Of a stretch of DNA of 64,000 nucleotides, positions 50,578 to 60,819 are shown piece after piece. The DNA is from an uncultured delta proteobacterium (lineage in GTDB: Bacteria > Myxococcota_A > Polyangia > Polyangiales > Polyangiaceae): the NCBI GenBank assembly GCA_963716725.1, contig CAVQUB010000011.1, forward strand, positions 224,001 through 288,000, written 5' to 3'. Numbering within the stretch: the stretch's first letter is position 1; each line of letters begins with the position of its first letter. Below the pieces are notes generated by a model. It made no database searches, was not told where the DNA came from, and saw only the letters and a list, made by a program, of their open reading frames with translations. Made by a program: the position numbers and the translations under genes.

Positions 50578-52671
50578 ATGACGGCCCCGAGTTCCCGCGT
50601 CCGCGACTCCCTTGGAATTGCCGGTCTGACCATCGATGGCAAGTACCTGATCGAGCGCGCGGTGGGCGAGGGCGGCTTCGCCATCGTGTACCGGGCCGAG
50701 CACGTGATCTGGAAGCAGCCGGTCGCCATCAAGTTCTTCAGCGAGCTGTCCAGCGTTCACGTCGACCAACGCGACGAGATGCAAAGGGCGTTCATCGAGG
50801 AAGGTCGGCTGCTCACCCAGCTCTCGAGCCAGACCGCGGCGATCGTCCAGGCGCGTGACGTCGGGACCTACACCACGCCCGAAGGCCGCTGGATGCCCTT
50901 CATGGTGCTCGAGTGGCTCGAGGGCCGATCCCTCGAAGACCTGATCGTGACGGAGTCCACGGCGGGACGCTCGCGCTTCACCATGGGAGAGGTGTTGAGG
51001 CTGCTCGGCCCGGTCGCGGCAGCCCTCGACGTCGCCCACAGCCAGGGCATCGCGCACCGAGACGTCAAGCCGCCGAACATCTTCGTGTTGGGCGAAGAAC
51101 CCCGGCACGGCGTCGTCACCATCAAGGTGCTCGACTTCGGCGTGGCCAAGCTGATCACCGACAACACCCAGATGAAGGCCGCAATGGCCAAGACGGGGAC
51201 GAACGTCACGTCGTTCACCCCCCAGTACGGCGCCCCCGAGCAGTTCAGCCGAACCTACGGCGCCACCGGGCCGTGGACCGACGTGTTCGCCCTGGCCCTG
51301 GTGGCCGTCGAGATGCTCTCGGGTCGACCCGCGCTGGACGGGGACGACGTCGTCCAGCTGGCCTTCGCCGCAGGCAATCCCGAGACGCGGCCGACGCCGC
51401 GATCCTTCGGGATCGAGCTCGGCGACGCCGTCGAGCAGGTGCTGCGCAAGGCGCTGTCGGTACAGCCCGCCGCGCGCTACGCCCGCGCGGCCGAGTTCTG
51501 GGCTGCGTTCGAGCTGGCCGCGGGCGGCAGCCGGGCCACCGCCGCGGAGGCCCTCAACGCGACAATGGTGATGCCCGATTCACTGCGTTCGGCCATCACG
51601 CCCGTGCGACCCGCGGGGACCGAGGCCCCGCGTGCCGCGGTCACCGTCGACGCCGCGACCATGACGCCGCGGTCCGCCGCACCGAGCCGCAAAGGGCTGG
51701 CGCTTGCCATCGCTGGGATCTGCGCCGCGGCCATCGCCGCCGGTGCGTTCTTCGCGCTGAGGGGCTCGGGACCGAACTCAGATCCCGCCGGGCCTCCTTC
51801 CTCATCCGCCGCGTCGGCAGCCAGCGTCGCGGCCCCGCTGGGGAGCGCCGAGTCGGCAGCCCCCGCCGCCAAGTGTCCCGACGGCATGTTCACGATCCCT
51901 GCCGGACAGTTCTACATGGGCACCGACGACTCGGCAGCGGCGGACAACCAGAAGCCCGCTCACAACGTCACGCTCGACGCTTTCTGCATGGACGCGACCG
52001 AAGTCACCGTCGCCGCCTACCTCGAGTGCAGCCAGTCGGGCGCTTGCCGGCGTCTGAAGCCCGAAGTGGACTACGCCGGCATGAAGGCGGCCGAAGAGAA
52101 GGCCTTCATGCCGCTGTGCAACGTCGAGGCCAGCGACCGCGGCGATCATCCCATGAACTGCGTCTCGTGGCGGGACGCGGAGACTTACTGTCGCAAGACG
52201 GATAGGCGTTTGCCGACAGAGGCCGAGTGGGAGTACGCCACGCGCGGCCCCGACGGGCGTGTGTTCCCGTGGGGCGACGAGAAACCGACGGTGGCGCACC
52301 TCAACGCCTGCGACGCCGAGTGTCTGAAGTGGTCGAAGCGTGCCGACGTCGGCGTGCTGGTGCTCTTCGAGAAAGAGAGCGACGGCTACTCGGGCACCTC
52401 GCCGGTCGGGAAGTTCCCGGCGGGCAATTCGCGCTTCGGCCCACGCGACGTGGTCGGCAACGTGTGGGAGTGGGTCGCGGATTTCGAAGGCAACTACGCC
52501 GCAACCGAGGCCAAGAACCCCAGCGGCCCGGCTAGCGGCGAGAAGCGAGTGCTGCGCGGGGGCGCGTGGAACGGCGCCCGCGAAGAGTGGTTGCACCCGA
52601 GCTTCCGCTTCGCCGCCGAACCCGACCGCCGCCACCCGGCCATCGGTTTTCGCTGCGCCAAGGGCCTCTAG
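50578..52671 (+). CDS. Ser/Thr kinase fused to an extracytoplasmic FGE/SUMF1-like domain
   Basis: GEGGF, HRDVKPPN, DFG, GAPE; TM; F.MG, RLPTEAEWEYA, GNVWEW, RGGAW, GFRCA. Confidence 0.93.
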   Translation: MTAPSSRVRDSLGIAGLTIDGKYLIERAVGEGGFAIVYRAEHVIWKQPVAIKFFSELSSVHVDQRDEMQRAFIEEGRLLTQLSSQTAAIVQARDVGTYTTPEGRWMPFMVLEWLEGRSLEDLIVTESTAGRSRFTMGEVLRLLGPVAAALDVAHSQGIAHRDVKPPNIFVLGEEPRHGVVTIKVLDFGVAKLITDNTQMKAAMAKTGTNVTSFTPQYGAPEQFSRTYGATGPWTDVFALALVAVEMLSGRPALDGDDVVQLAFAAGNPETRPTPRSFGIELGDAVEQVLRKALSVQPAARYARAAEFWAAFELAAGGSRATAAEALNATMVMPDSLRSAITPVRPAGTEAPRAAVTVDAATMTPRSAAPSRKGLALAIAGICAAAIAAGAFFALRGSGPNSDPAGPPSSSAASAASVAAPLGSAESAAPAAKCPDGMFTIPAGQFYMGTDDSAAADNQKPAHNVTLDAFCMDATEVTVAAYLECSQSGACRRLKPEVDYAGMKAAEEKAFMPLCNVEASDRGDHPMNCVSWRDAETYCRKTDRRLPTEAEWEYATRGPDGRVFPWGDEKPTVAHLNACDAECLKWSKRADVGVLVLFEKESDGYSGTSPVGKFPAGNSRFGPRDVVGNVWEWVADFEGNYAATEAKNPSGPASGEKRVLRGGAWNGAREEWLHPSFRFAAEPDRRHPAIGFRCAKGL

Positions 52672-52717
52672 CTGGGGCTTGGGCCGAGCGCCTTCTGTCC
52701 TGTAGACTCCGCGGTTC

Positions 52718-55273
52718 ATGGGCCGAAGCCCCCTCGACCACCCGCGGCTATCCATCATCGATCGCAAGCTCGACGAAGGAGAGCTCGAGGAGGCACAGCA
52801 CCTGCTCGCGCAACTGGGCGACAACTACTTCTTTCGGCACGCCACGACGTACCTGGCGTCGCGCCTGCTGTACTTGCGCGGCACGCTGGACCAGGACGGC
52901 TTGGTCGAGCGTTTGGTCCGAGTCCTCAACGAGACGCACGAATTCCCCGAGGCCGAGGCGCTGCTCGCGCTCGCGCGGAGCGGAACGCTGGAGCGAACCT
53001 CGCACCCGCCGCGAAGCTCGCGCCCTCCCCCGGCGAAGATGACCAGTCAGCCTCCGGGCGCCGAGGTCGAGCTGGCGTTCTCGGGACGCGTCACCGCCGA
53101 AGATCGCAAGCACCTCGTGGCGCCCGAGTTTCCCCGCGCCGGACGCCTTCCGGATCTGGCGGTAGCTCGGGCATCGGATCCGATCCCTGATCTCGAAGTT
53201 CCCGGCTCGGTGCCGCCACCTCCACTCAGTGACGAGCAGCCGGCGCCGCGATCCGCACCGCGACCGGACCGGATGACGCCCGCAGCGCGACCGGACCGGA
53301 TGACGCCCGCAGCCCAACCGGACCGGGTGACGCCCGCAGCGCGACCAGACCGGATGACGCCGGCACACCGACCCAACGACCTGACGCTGGAGCTGCACGA
53401 ACGCAAGGTCCACTCCAAGCGGTCGCAGCCGAACCCCGACGCGAGATATTCGTCACCGACCGGTCTCGAAGAACGCATCCAGCTCACCCGTAAGCCGCAG
53501 GCGAACTCACCTGCGTTCGCGCGACCCGACGCCCGATGCCACACGGAACCGTTGGTCGGCAGCGGAGGGCCGGCGAAGGTCGAGGCCCGCGCCAGTCTGT
53601 TCGAAATCGCCACGTTGCTCGACGCGGGACGAGCCGACGCAGCCCTCGAGGCTTTGTCGGGCCGCTCGGACGCCGACGAGCCGGACCACGCGCTGCTCAG
53701 AGCCCGAGCGCTGGCGCGTCAGGGGCAGACGTTGGAAGCGCTCGCGCTGGCGCGGCGCCTCGGACACGCTCCACTACTGGACCCGACGGTGCGAGCCGGG
53801 GTCGCGCGCCTGGCCATCGAGCTCGACGAGATCGAGCTGGGCCTGGAGCAAGCAGTGCTCGCCCACGAGGATGATCCGACTCAGCCCACCATCAGCCTGA
53901 CCTACGCCTGGGCCGCGCTGAGACGCGCCCGACGAACCGCTGATCCGGAGCTGGTCGCGCGCGCCTCGATGGCCCTGCGCGAGCTGGTCGGAGACGGGGG
54001 TCCCCACGAGGGGCTCCTGCTGGCTCTGCGCGCCTGCGCCGAAGCCCACGCCGGCGATCCGACGCGCGCCCTGAGCTTGGCCGAGCGATCCATCGAGAGC
54101 GAGCCGAGCGCCGACGGACACGCGGCGCTGGCCATGGCTGCCGCGCGCCTCGGCCGACCCAACGACGTGAAGCGAGCGACCGGATGGTTGAAGGCCAATT
54201 GCCCCAAAGAAGCGGCGGCGCTGCAGAAGAGCCTCGACGCTTACGGCGAGCGCTTGTTCGATCTGAGTTCAGCGCCTCATTCGATCCACGCACCGGCGAT
54301 CAACGCCGATCTCGAGGCGTCGATCCTGTGGGGACCGCTCGAACTCGCGGTGTGCGATGGAGACTGGCATCGAGTCTGGGAGACCTTCGCGCAGCTAGCG
54401 GCTGACACCTTCGAACAGATCTCCACGGCGGCCCGCCACGAACCTCCAGCGCTGGCGGCGGTGGCAGCGAGCTTCCTGACCGTCGCGCCGGTCTCCCGCG
54501 ACCTGGCCCCCTATGACCAAACCCCGTGGAGCCTCCGACGCGTCGCGGACCTGCTCGCGCTCTTGGCGCGGGGCGCGTCCGGCGTGCGAGCCACACACCC
54601 GCTGGCGCTCCTGCTGGGCGCCTACGTGGGCGAGACGCTGCGCATGAGCGTGGACGGCCATTGGCAGGGACCGACGAGTGACCCGGTCTCGAGGGAAATC
54701 ATGGGCTCGACTGGGGTCTGGCGTCCCTGCTCGCTGGTCGCCGAGTCGCTCGCGGGCAAGAGCGATCTCGCCGCGGCCGCCGCCGTGGCCGAGCTCGAGG
54801 GCAACCTGCACTCGCTGGCGGCTCATCTGCCCGCGGTGACGCCTATCTGCCCCTGGGATCCGGCGCAATGGCCCGCGCCATCCCGGTTGCCCCACTACGC
54901 GAAGGCCCTGGAGCAATCGGTGATCTCGGTCCTCTGTGCCGGGCGATCGGGGCACCGCCTCGACGGCTCTGTCGCCAGCCTGCTCGCCATCGACGAGCAC
55001 CTCGAGCGAATCTGCCCACGAGCGGCCCCTCCCCAGCCCGACGCGCGATGGTCCCGCCGCGCGACCGTGCTCATCGGTGCCTATCTGGGCGAGACGCTGC
55101 GCCGCGAGACCCCCGGCGAGTGGTCCCGACGCGACGGCCTGGATCTCGGCCCGTCGAGCTACCGGCTCGTGCTGTCGACGGGCCGCGAACTGCGACCCGT
55201 CGAGCACGTCTTCGAACGCCTGAACGCCGGCGCGGATCCGCTTCACGAGTACGCGCTGCGTTCGCTCGGCTGA
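52718..55273 (+). CDS. Hypothetical TPR-like protein with Pro-rich repeats and duplicated C-terminal GAYxGE domains
   Basis: 851-aa ORF; helical middle; LGAYVGETLR and IGAYLGETLR. Confidence 0.75.
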   Translation: MGRSPLDHPRLSIIDRKLDEGELEEAQHLLAQLGDNYFFRHATTYLASRLLYLRGTLDQDGLVERLVRVLNETHEFPEAEALLALARSGTLERTSHPPRSSRPPPAKMTSQPPGAEVELAFSGRVTAEDRKHLVAPEFPRAGRLPDLAVARASDPIPDLEVPGSVPPPPLSDEQPAPRSAPRPDRMTPAARPDRMTPAAQPDRVTPAARPDRMTPAHRPNDLTLELHERKVHSKRSQPNPDARYSSPTGLEERIQLTRKPQANSPAFARPDARCHTEPLVGSGGPAKVEARASLFEIATLLDAGRADAALEALSGRSDADEPDHALLRARALARQGQTLEALALARRLGHAPLLDPTVRAGVARLAIELDEIELGLEQAVLAHEDDPTQPTISLTYAWAALRRARRTADPELVARASMALRELVGDGGPHEGLLLALRACAEAHAGDPTRALSLAERSIESEPSADGHAALAMAAARLGRPNDVKRATGWLKANCPKEAAALQKSLDAYGERLFDLSSAPHSIHAPAINADLEASILWGPLELAVCDGDWHRVWETFAQLAADTFEQISTAARHEPPALAAVAASFLTVAPVSRDLAPYDQTPWSLRRVADLLALLARGASGVRATHPLALLLGAYVGETLRMSVDGHWQGPTSDPVSREIMGSTGVWRPCSLVAESLAGKSDLAAAAAVAELEGNLHSLAAHLPAVTPICPWDPAQWPAPSRLPHYAKALEQSVISVLCAGRSGHRLDGSVASLLAIDEHLERICPRAAPPQPDARWSRRATVLIGAYLGETLRRETPGEWSRRDGLDLGPSSYRLVLSTGRELRPVEHVFERLNAGADPLHEYALRSLG
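53261..53368 (+). repeat. 27-bp coding tandem repeat x4 (RPDRMTPAA)
   Basis: CGACCGGACCGGATGACGCCCGCAGCG and variants. Confidence 0.9.
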
Positions 55274-55280
55274 CCCCACA

Positions 55281-55421
55281 CTACGTCTGGCAACAACTCC
55301 GGCACGCACCCGGATGGCAGTACTGGTTCTTGCAGCACGAAAACCCCGAACCACAGGTGGTGTTTCCGCACTTCGCGGTACCGGCATCGACGGTGATGCC
55401 AGCGTCAGGCTGCTGGCACCA
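55281..55421 (-). pseudogene. Start-less Cys-rich coding fragment
   Basis: WCQQPDAGITVDAGTAKCGNTTCGSGFSCCKNQYCHPGACRSCCQT*. Confidence 0.55.
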
Positions 55422-55434
55422 CCGAGAGACAGCA

Positions 55435-57051
55435 TCACGGATGGATGTGAACCAGCGTGCCTTGCCGGAGACTCATGGCGCCGTGCCAGCCGCGAGGCAC
55501 GGGCGGATCGGTCCAGTGGAACAACCAGCGCGCATCACCGGGTGAGAGGTTCACGCACCCGTGGCTCTTCGGTCGCCCGAAGGAGTCGTGCCAGTAGGCC
55601 GCGTGGAAAGCGTACCCTTCCTGGAAGTACTGCACGTAGGGCACGTCGCGAAGATCGAACTGGTCGCCGATCTCGTCGCCGCTCATGGTCGCCGTCACGT
55701 GTTTCGTATGGATTAGAAACTGCCCGCGGGGAGTCGAGTGCGTCTCCTTCGGATCGCCGAGGCCATCCGCTCCCGTGGACACCAAGGTCACGTAGGCCGG
55801 CTTCTGCCCCTCGTAGGCCACCAGGGTCTGCCTCAAGATCGACACATCGACCCAGGTGCGCCCATCGGTTGCCCACCCCGGTCGTTGGCGCATGGGCTCG
55901 ACGCGGACGAGTGACTCCTCTTTGAGCCAGTCCCCGCCGGTGGTCTGAGCGTAGCCGACTCCATTGCGACGAACGCGGATCGCCGTGACCGGCAAGACTT
56001 CTCGAAAGGCCAGCGGTCGCAGCGACGCGAGGCCGGTCGTCCGCGGATCCCCCGAATAGAGGTGCGCCCCTTTGGACATTACGAACACCACCGGCAGCGT
56101 GGTTTCGGCGTCCAGCGACAGCCCGCGGAACGCGCTCGGAGCGACGCGACGCATGCGGTCGAGGGGGATCACGTCGAGATCCACGCTGAGCCCGAACCTG
56201 CGCCCCTCGTGCTCGAAGAAGTCCAAGAACGCGAACCCGCTCTTGGGCACGGCGCGGCCGATATACAGGCTGCCCGGCGAGTGCCGTACGCCGTTCCAGT
56301 TCATCACCTGACGACCCTCGCCGATCATCTCCGGGATGGCCTCGAAGGGAACGTCGTCCCAGGCCGGATCGGGCGTCTTGCGAGCGTGGTGAACCAGGTC
56401 CTGCTCGACGCGCCGCTGCTCGGCAGGGCTGGGCACCTTGGTGTACAGCGGCGGCGACGGAAATGCGGACATGCCGTAGGCGTAGGGCATGGAGTTCTGG
56501 CGATCCGGACGCCGGCGCGATGCCGTAACCAACGGATGCGTGACGTCCAAGGTCGCGTTCTTTCCCACGCAGACGAAGCCCTGCGGCGCGATGCGATACC
56601 AGCCACCGGCGCAGCCGACGTTGCCTACCGGCTCCGGAGAACGCTGAACCACGCCGCCACCCCGGAGGTATCCGATCTTCTTCGCGCGCCAGCTCGGGGA
56701 CGCGTAGACGAAGGTCTCCTTGGCGGTCGCGGCCAGCGCAAGCTCGGAGTCAACGGACGTTTCGGAGTCCGCTATCGGGGCGTCCCCGGGACCCTCCGCC
56801 TCCGAACCACCCGCGAGCACGTCGCCGGTCTGATAGCTCGCCGGCTCCGTCTCCGGCTGGGTCGGCTCCTCGACGATCGGCGCTGGCTCGGCTCGAACGC
56901 GGGCCGCAGCGTCTTGCACCAAAACCCGCGCGTGGGCCGATGGCCGGCGTAGGCGGCGCGGCGGTCCGAGCTCGTCCCCCACGAGGCAGCTCGCGAACGA
57001 CAGCCCGAGCAGGGCCAGCGCGAGCGTGGCGAAGCGGCGGCCAAAACCCAT
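55435..57051 (-). CDS. L,D-transpeptidase (YkuD family)
   Basis: VSTG, TPRG.F, AFHAAYWH..FG...SHGCVN. Confidence 0.93.
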   Translation of the reverse strand: MGFGRRFATLALALLGLSFASCLVGDELGPPRRLRRPSAHARVLVQDAAARVRAEPAPIVEEPTQPETEPASYQTGDVLAGGSEAEGPGDAPIADSETSVDSELALAATAKETFVYASPSWRAKKIGYLRGGGVVQRSPEPVGNVGCAGGWYRIAPQGFVCVGKNATLDVTHPLVTASRRRPDRQNSMPYAYGMSAFPSPPLYTKVPSPAEQRRVEQDLVHHARKTPDPAWDDVPFEAIPEMIGEGRQVMNWNGVRHSPGSLYIGRAVPKSGFAFLDFFEHEGRRFGLSVDLDVIPLDRMRRVAPSAFRGLSLDAETTLPVVFVMSKGAHLYSGDPRTTGLASLRPLAFREVLPVTAIRVRRNGVGYAQTTGGDWLKEESLVRVEPMRQRPGWATDGRTWVDVSILRQTLVAYEGQKPAYVTLVSTGADGLGDPKETHSTPRGQFLIHTKHVTATMSGDEIGDQFDLRDVPYVQYFQEGYAFHAAYWHDSFGRPKSHGCVNLSPGDARWLFHWTDPPVPRGWHGAMSLRQGTLVHIHP

Positions 57052-57143
57052 GATCACCCCCCGTCGCTAGCGTCCCCGACGGCAATTGGCCCACTTTCCG
57101 GCGGGGGCTCCCCTCGCCCGGATGCCGTGATAAACCGCCGCGC

Positions 57144-58328
57144 ATGGCCACCGACCCGATGCCCCTGGATGTCCTCAGCGCCCTCGACGCCCACCTCAGC
57201 GAGGACGAGATCATGGTGCGCGACGCCGTACGCCGCTTCGTGCGCGAGCGGTACCTGCCGCGCGCGGCGCAGCTCTTCGAGGACGAGCAGTTCCCCATGG
57301 ACCTGATCCCCGAGATCGCGGAGATGGGCCTGCTCGGGGCGGGCCTGGAGGGCTACGGCTGCGCCGGCATGAGCCCCGTCCAGTACGGCCTCATCTTGCA
57401 GGAGCTCGAGTACGGCGACAGCGGTCTGCGCAGCTTCGCCAGTGTGCAGGGCTCCCTCGCGATGTACTCGATCTGGGCCTACGGCAACGAGGCGCAGAAA
57501 CAGAAGTACTTACCGAAGATGGCCAAGGGCGAGTTGATCGGCTGCTTCGGCTTGACCGAGCCGGACAGCGGCTCGGATCCGGGATCGATGACCACCCGCG
57601 CGCGACGCGACGGCACTGGCTGGGTGATCAGCGGCACCAAGATGTGGATCACCAACTCGCCGCTGTCGCACCTCGCGGTGGTGTGGGCCAAGGTGGACGA
57701 CGGCGGCGCCGAGTCGATCCGGGGATTCATCGTGGAGCGCGGCACCAAGGGCTTCGAGACGCCGACCATCCACGGCAAGATGAGCCTTCGCGCCAGCTCC
57801 ACCGGCGAGATCGTGCTCGACGAGTGCCGCGTCGCCGAAGACGCGATGCTACCGAACGGCGTATCGCTCAAGGCCCCGCTCGGCTGCCTCACCCAGGCGC
57901 GCTTCGGCATCGCCTGGGGCGCCCTCGGCGCCGCCAAGGCCTGCTTCGACTCGACGGTGGACTACGCGCGCAACCGCGTGCAGTTCGGCGTTCCGATCGC
58001 CTCGAAGCAGCTCATCCAAGAGCAGTTCGCCGAGATGGGCAGCGAGATCGTCAAAGGCGACATCATGGCCCTGCACTTCGGCCGCATGAAGCAGAAGCAC
58101 GGCAAGATCCGCCCTGAGCAGGTCTCGCTCTGCAAGCGCAACAACGTGCGCGTGGCCCTCCAGGTCGCCCGCGCCTGCCGCGGCATCCTGGGCGGCAACG
58201 GCATCCTGCTCGAGTACCCCGCCATCCGCCACATGCTCAACCTCGAGAGCGTCTACACCTACGAAGGCACGCACGAGATCCACACCTTGGTCCTGGGCAA
58301 GGCGTTCACGGGCATCAACGCGTTCTGA
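57144..58328 (+). CDS. gcdH: Acyl-CoA dehydrogenase, glutaryl-CoA dehydrogenase-like
   Basis: DSGLRSFASVQGSL, CFGLTEPDSGSDP, KMWITN, NLESVYTYEGTHEIH. Confidence 0.85.
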   Translation: MATDPMPLDVLSALDAHLSEDEIMVRDAVRRFVRERYLPRAAQLFEDEQFPMDLIPEIAEMGLLGAGLEGYGCAGMSPVQYGLILQELEYGDSGLRSFASVQGSLAMYSIWAYGNEAQKQKYLPKMAKGELIGCFGLTEPDSGSDPGSMTTRARRDGTGWVISGTKMWITNSPLSHLAVVWAKVDDGGAESIRGFIVERGTKGFETPTIHGKMSLRASSTGEIVLDECRVAEDAMLPNGVSLKAPLGCLTQARFGIAWGALGAAKACFDSTVDYARNRVQFGVPIASKQLIQEQFAEMGSEIVKGDIMALHFGRMKQKHGKIRPEQVSLCKRNNVRVALQVARACRGILGGNGILLEYPAIRHMLNLESVYTYEGTHEIHTLVLGKAFTGINAF

Positions 58329-58350
58329 CGCGAGGCGCTGGACCGAGAGA

Positions 58351-58386
58351 CGCGAAGCACGCGGAGCACGCGGAGCACGCGGGGAG
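58351..58386. repeat. Intergenic 9-bp tandem repeat CGCGGAGCA x~4
   Basis: CGCGAAGCA CGCGGAGCA CGCGGAGCA CGCGGGGAG. Confidence 0.75.
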
Positions 58387-58490
58387 AATTTTCGGGTTCG
58401 GAGGTGAGCTGCGACGCGAGCTCGAGTCCGACGGCGCGGGTTCAGCGCGAGACGGTCGAGCTGTCACAGGACCCGCCTGGCCCACGGCGC

Positions 58491-59003
58491 CTACTTGGGC
58501 GCAACGAGGTTGCTGCATACCCGCGACGCGTACTCGGCACTCTTCCTGTGGATCGTGATGATGCGGCAGCTGAGCCAGGCCTTCGGTGCGCAAGGAATGC
58601 TGCGATCGACGAAGTAGTACTTCCTTCCCTGCCTGTCGAAGTCTCCTTCGAGCGCGTAGCCGTCGTCGGGGAGTTTCTCGTCGACAGTGAATCGAAGGTT
58701 CTCGGCGGAGGGCTCGATCGACTTGTCGTAGATGCTCACGATCCCGTTCACGACGAGCACGCTGGGATCGGTCATCGCACGGCCTCCCTTCACCTTGACG
58801 GTGAAGCCTCCCTTGCTCGCGTCCACCACCTCCGAATCGCTCGGAATGGTGACGGGGCACTGCGCGAACGGAACGGAGATCGGCGCCGACAGCGCCTGCG
58901 TCGAGGCGGAACGCTCGGTGGTGGCGGTCGGCGCGCCATCGGCCTTGCTACAGGCCATGGGGGCGGAGGCCACGAGCACGATCAGGGCTGCGCGAACAAC
59001 CAT
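58491..59003 (-). CDS. Hypothetical lipoprotein
   Basis: MVVRAALIVLVASAPMAC signal, then a globular region. Confidence 0.65.
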   Translation of the reverse strand: MVVRAALIVLVASAPMACSKADGAPTATTERSASTQALSAPISVPFAQCPVTIPSDSEVVDASKGGFTVKVKGGRAMTDPSVLVVNGIVSIYDKSIEPSAENLRFTVDEKLPDDGYALEGDFDRQGRKYYFVDRSIPCAPKAWLSCRIITIHRKSAEYASRVCSNLVAPK

Positions 59004-59095
59004 CGCACCGCGGTAGCTGGCTGCCACCTGCCCGTCAAACACGGCGCGGGAGCATGGCCCCGAAACGGGGAAGTTGGCTCCGACGCTGGGCGCGC

Positions 59096-59542
59096 TCACT
59101 TCTTCTCCGCGATCTCGCAGGAGACGATCCAATTCGCGGTGCGCAGGGTGCCCTTGAACGTCACCTTGGTCTTGGCCTTGATCTGGGTCGGCTCCTTCAG
59201 CATGCACTGGATGGAGTTGGTCTTGTTTTCGTCGTCGGCAACGTAGGCGTTGTGCTGCTTCTCGCCGTTGAGCGTGACAGATTCGAAGTGGTACATGACG
59301 CCCTCGCCGGCCACTTGCTTGCCCATCAGCGCGCTGAAGCTCTGCTTGATCGCTCCGGGCGTCAGGTCGGTGGTCTTGACCTCCGGCTTGGCGGTCGCCG
59401 TCGCAGCGGGGGGCGCCTCCGCAGCCGCGCGAACCGTGGCGGATGTTGCCGAGGAGGACGAGGTGGCGTCCAGCTTACTGCAGCCAAAGACGCAGAGAAT
59501 GCACGCCGCCGAAATGGAAACCAGAGTTTGTCGATGGATCAT
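59096..59542 (-). CDS. Lipoprotein with probable OB-fold (tRNA_anti-like)
   Basis: VFGC lipobox; GKQVAGEG...IQC...KVTFKGT...SCEI. Confidence 0.6.
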   Translation of the reverse strand: MIHRQTLVSISAACILCVFGCSKLDATSSSSATSATVRAAAEAPPAATATAKPEVKTTDLTPGAIKQSFSALMGKQVAGEGVMYHFESVTLNGEKQHNAYVADDENKTNSIQCMLKEPTQIKAKTKVTFKGTLRTANWIVSCEIAEKK

Positions 59543-59761
59543 GGGTGCGTGATACGACGCACGACACGAGTTCTTCCCCGGCAGCAAGGGCCCGCTCCGG
59601 TTCCTCGGCGGCAGCGTCGTGTGGCCGCCCGAGGTCGGCCTGCGCCGGCAGGGATTGCAGGCCCGCGGCTGCACCGCGTGAGCGCCTGCACACCGGCGTG
59701 GACGCCCTGGCACGGGTCGCGTGCAATGCCGTCTTGCCGTCGCAGCCATGGATCCCCAACG

Positions 59762-60819
59762 ATGAGCACGCATTCCAAAGGCAGCTTCGAAGATCTGGAA
59801 GCGATCCTCCGCCACCTGGTCCTCCTCCGCGAGCTACGCGCCGACGCGATGCAGATCGAGTCCGACGTGCAGCGCGCCGGTCGGCTGTGGCCCGAGGTGG
59901 CCTCGGAGCCTGATGCGCTCGAGCGCCAGTGGCCGCCCGAGCTCGTGTCGGCCGCCGAGGAGCTCGGCATCCTGGTCGCGGAGCGGAGCGGAGCGGGAGC
60001 GGCCCCCCGGCAGCGCGCCTTGGCGCGAGCCCCAGCGCGCTCGCGGACGGGGACGCCGGAGCAGCGGCGCAGCGCCAGGCGGGCTATGAGGCCACCGACT
60101 ACGCGGCTCTGTTCGAAGGCGCGGGGCCGTTCCTGGTCACCGTCGCCCCCGGCCGCTTCGCCCTCCGACCGGCAGCGGAGGTCAGCGCAGTCGGCCACCT
60201 TCGTGTCAGGCAGGACCGCCTGTGTACCTTCGACCCCCTGGACTCGGCGCACCGCGACCGGACGGTGATGTCACTGGACCGCGACGTGCCGGCAGGCGAG
60301 CACCCCGTGCACGTGGCCCGCGTCGGCGGCGCTCTGGCGGCGGCCCTGGTGCTTTTTGGCGACGCTCCGGTCCACGCGTGGGCGCCCGTGCGATTCGACG
60401 CGGAGCAAAACCCAATGCCGATCCCGCCCGTCCTGCCGATGGCGCAGGTGCGGTACTCCCTGGGCCTGGGCGATGCGGCCACCATCGAGGAGCTGGTCGC
60501 GGACGCCACCCGGCCGTGGAGCCACGCGCAGGAGAACATTCTGCGCGCGGCGATGGGGGAGGAGCTGCTCGCGGCCGACGACGTCGCGCCCGACGCGGTG
60601 GTCGACGAGATCCCCGACCTGCTGGCTGCCCTGGTCGACGAACTGCGGGGGTCTCAGATCGCCGTGGTAGGCGGCGTGTTCGGGGCGCCGGTGGAGGGCC
60701 CCGCTCCGGCGAGCTGGGGGCTCGATGAGAGCGGCGCGGTGGCGGCCGTGGCTGCCATCCGGCCCGGCGCTGTTTCACTGGGGTTCCGACAAGAGGCGCT
60801 GGAGCGCGCCTCCCGGTGA
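59762..60819 (+). CDS. DUF4241-like protein, frameshifted near 59980-60010
   Basis: N-part MSTHSKGSFEDLE... is in one frame and C-part GHLRV..DRLCTFDP...VPAGEHPV...AAALVLFG is in another. Confidence 0.55.
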
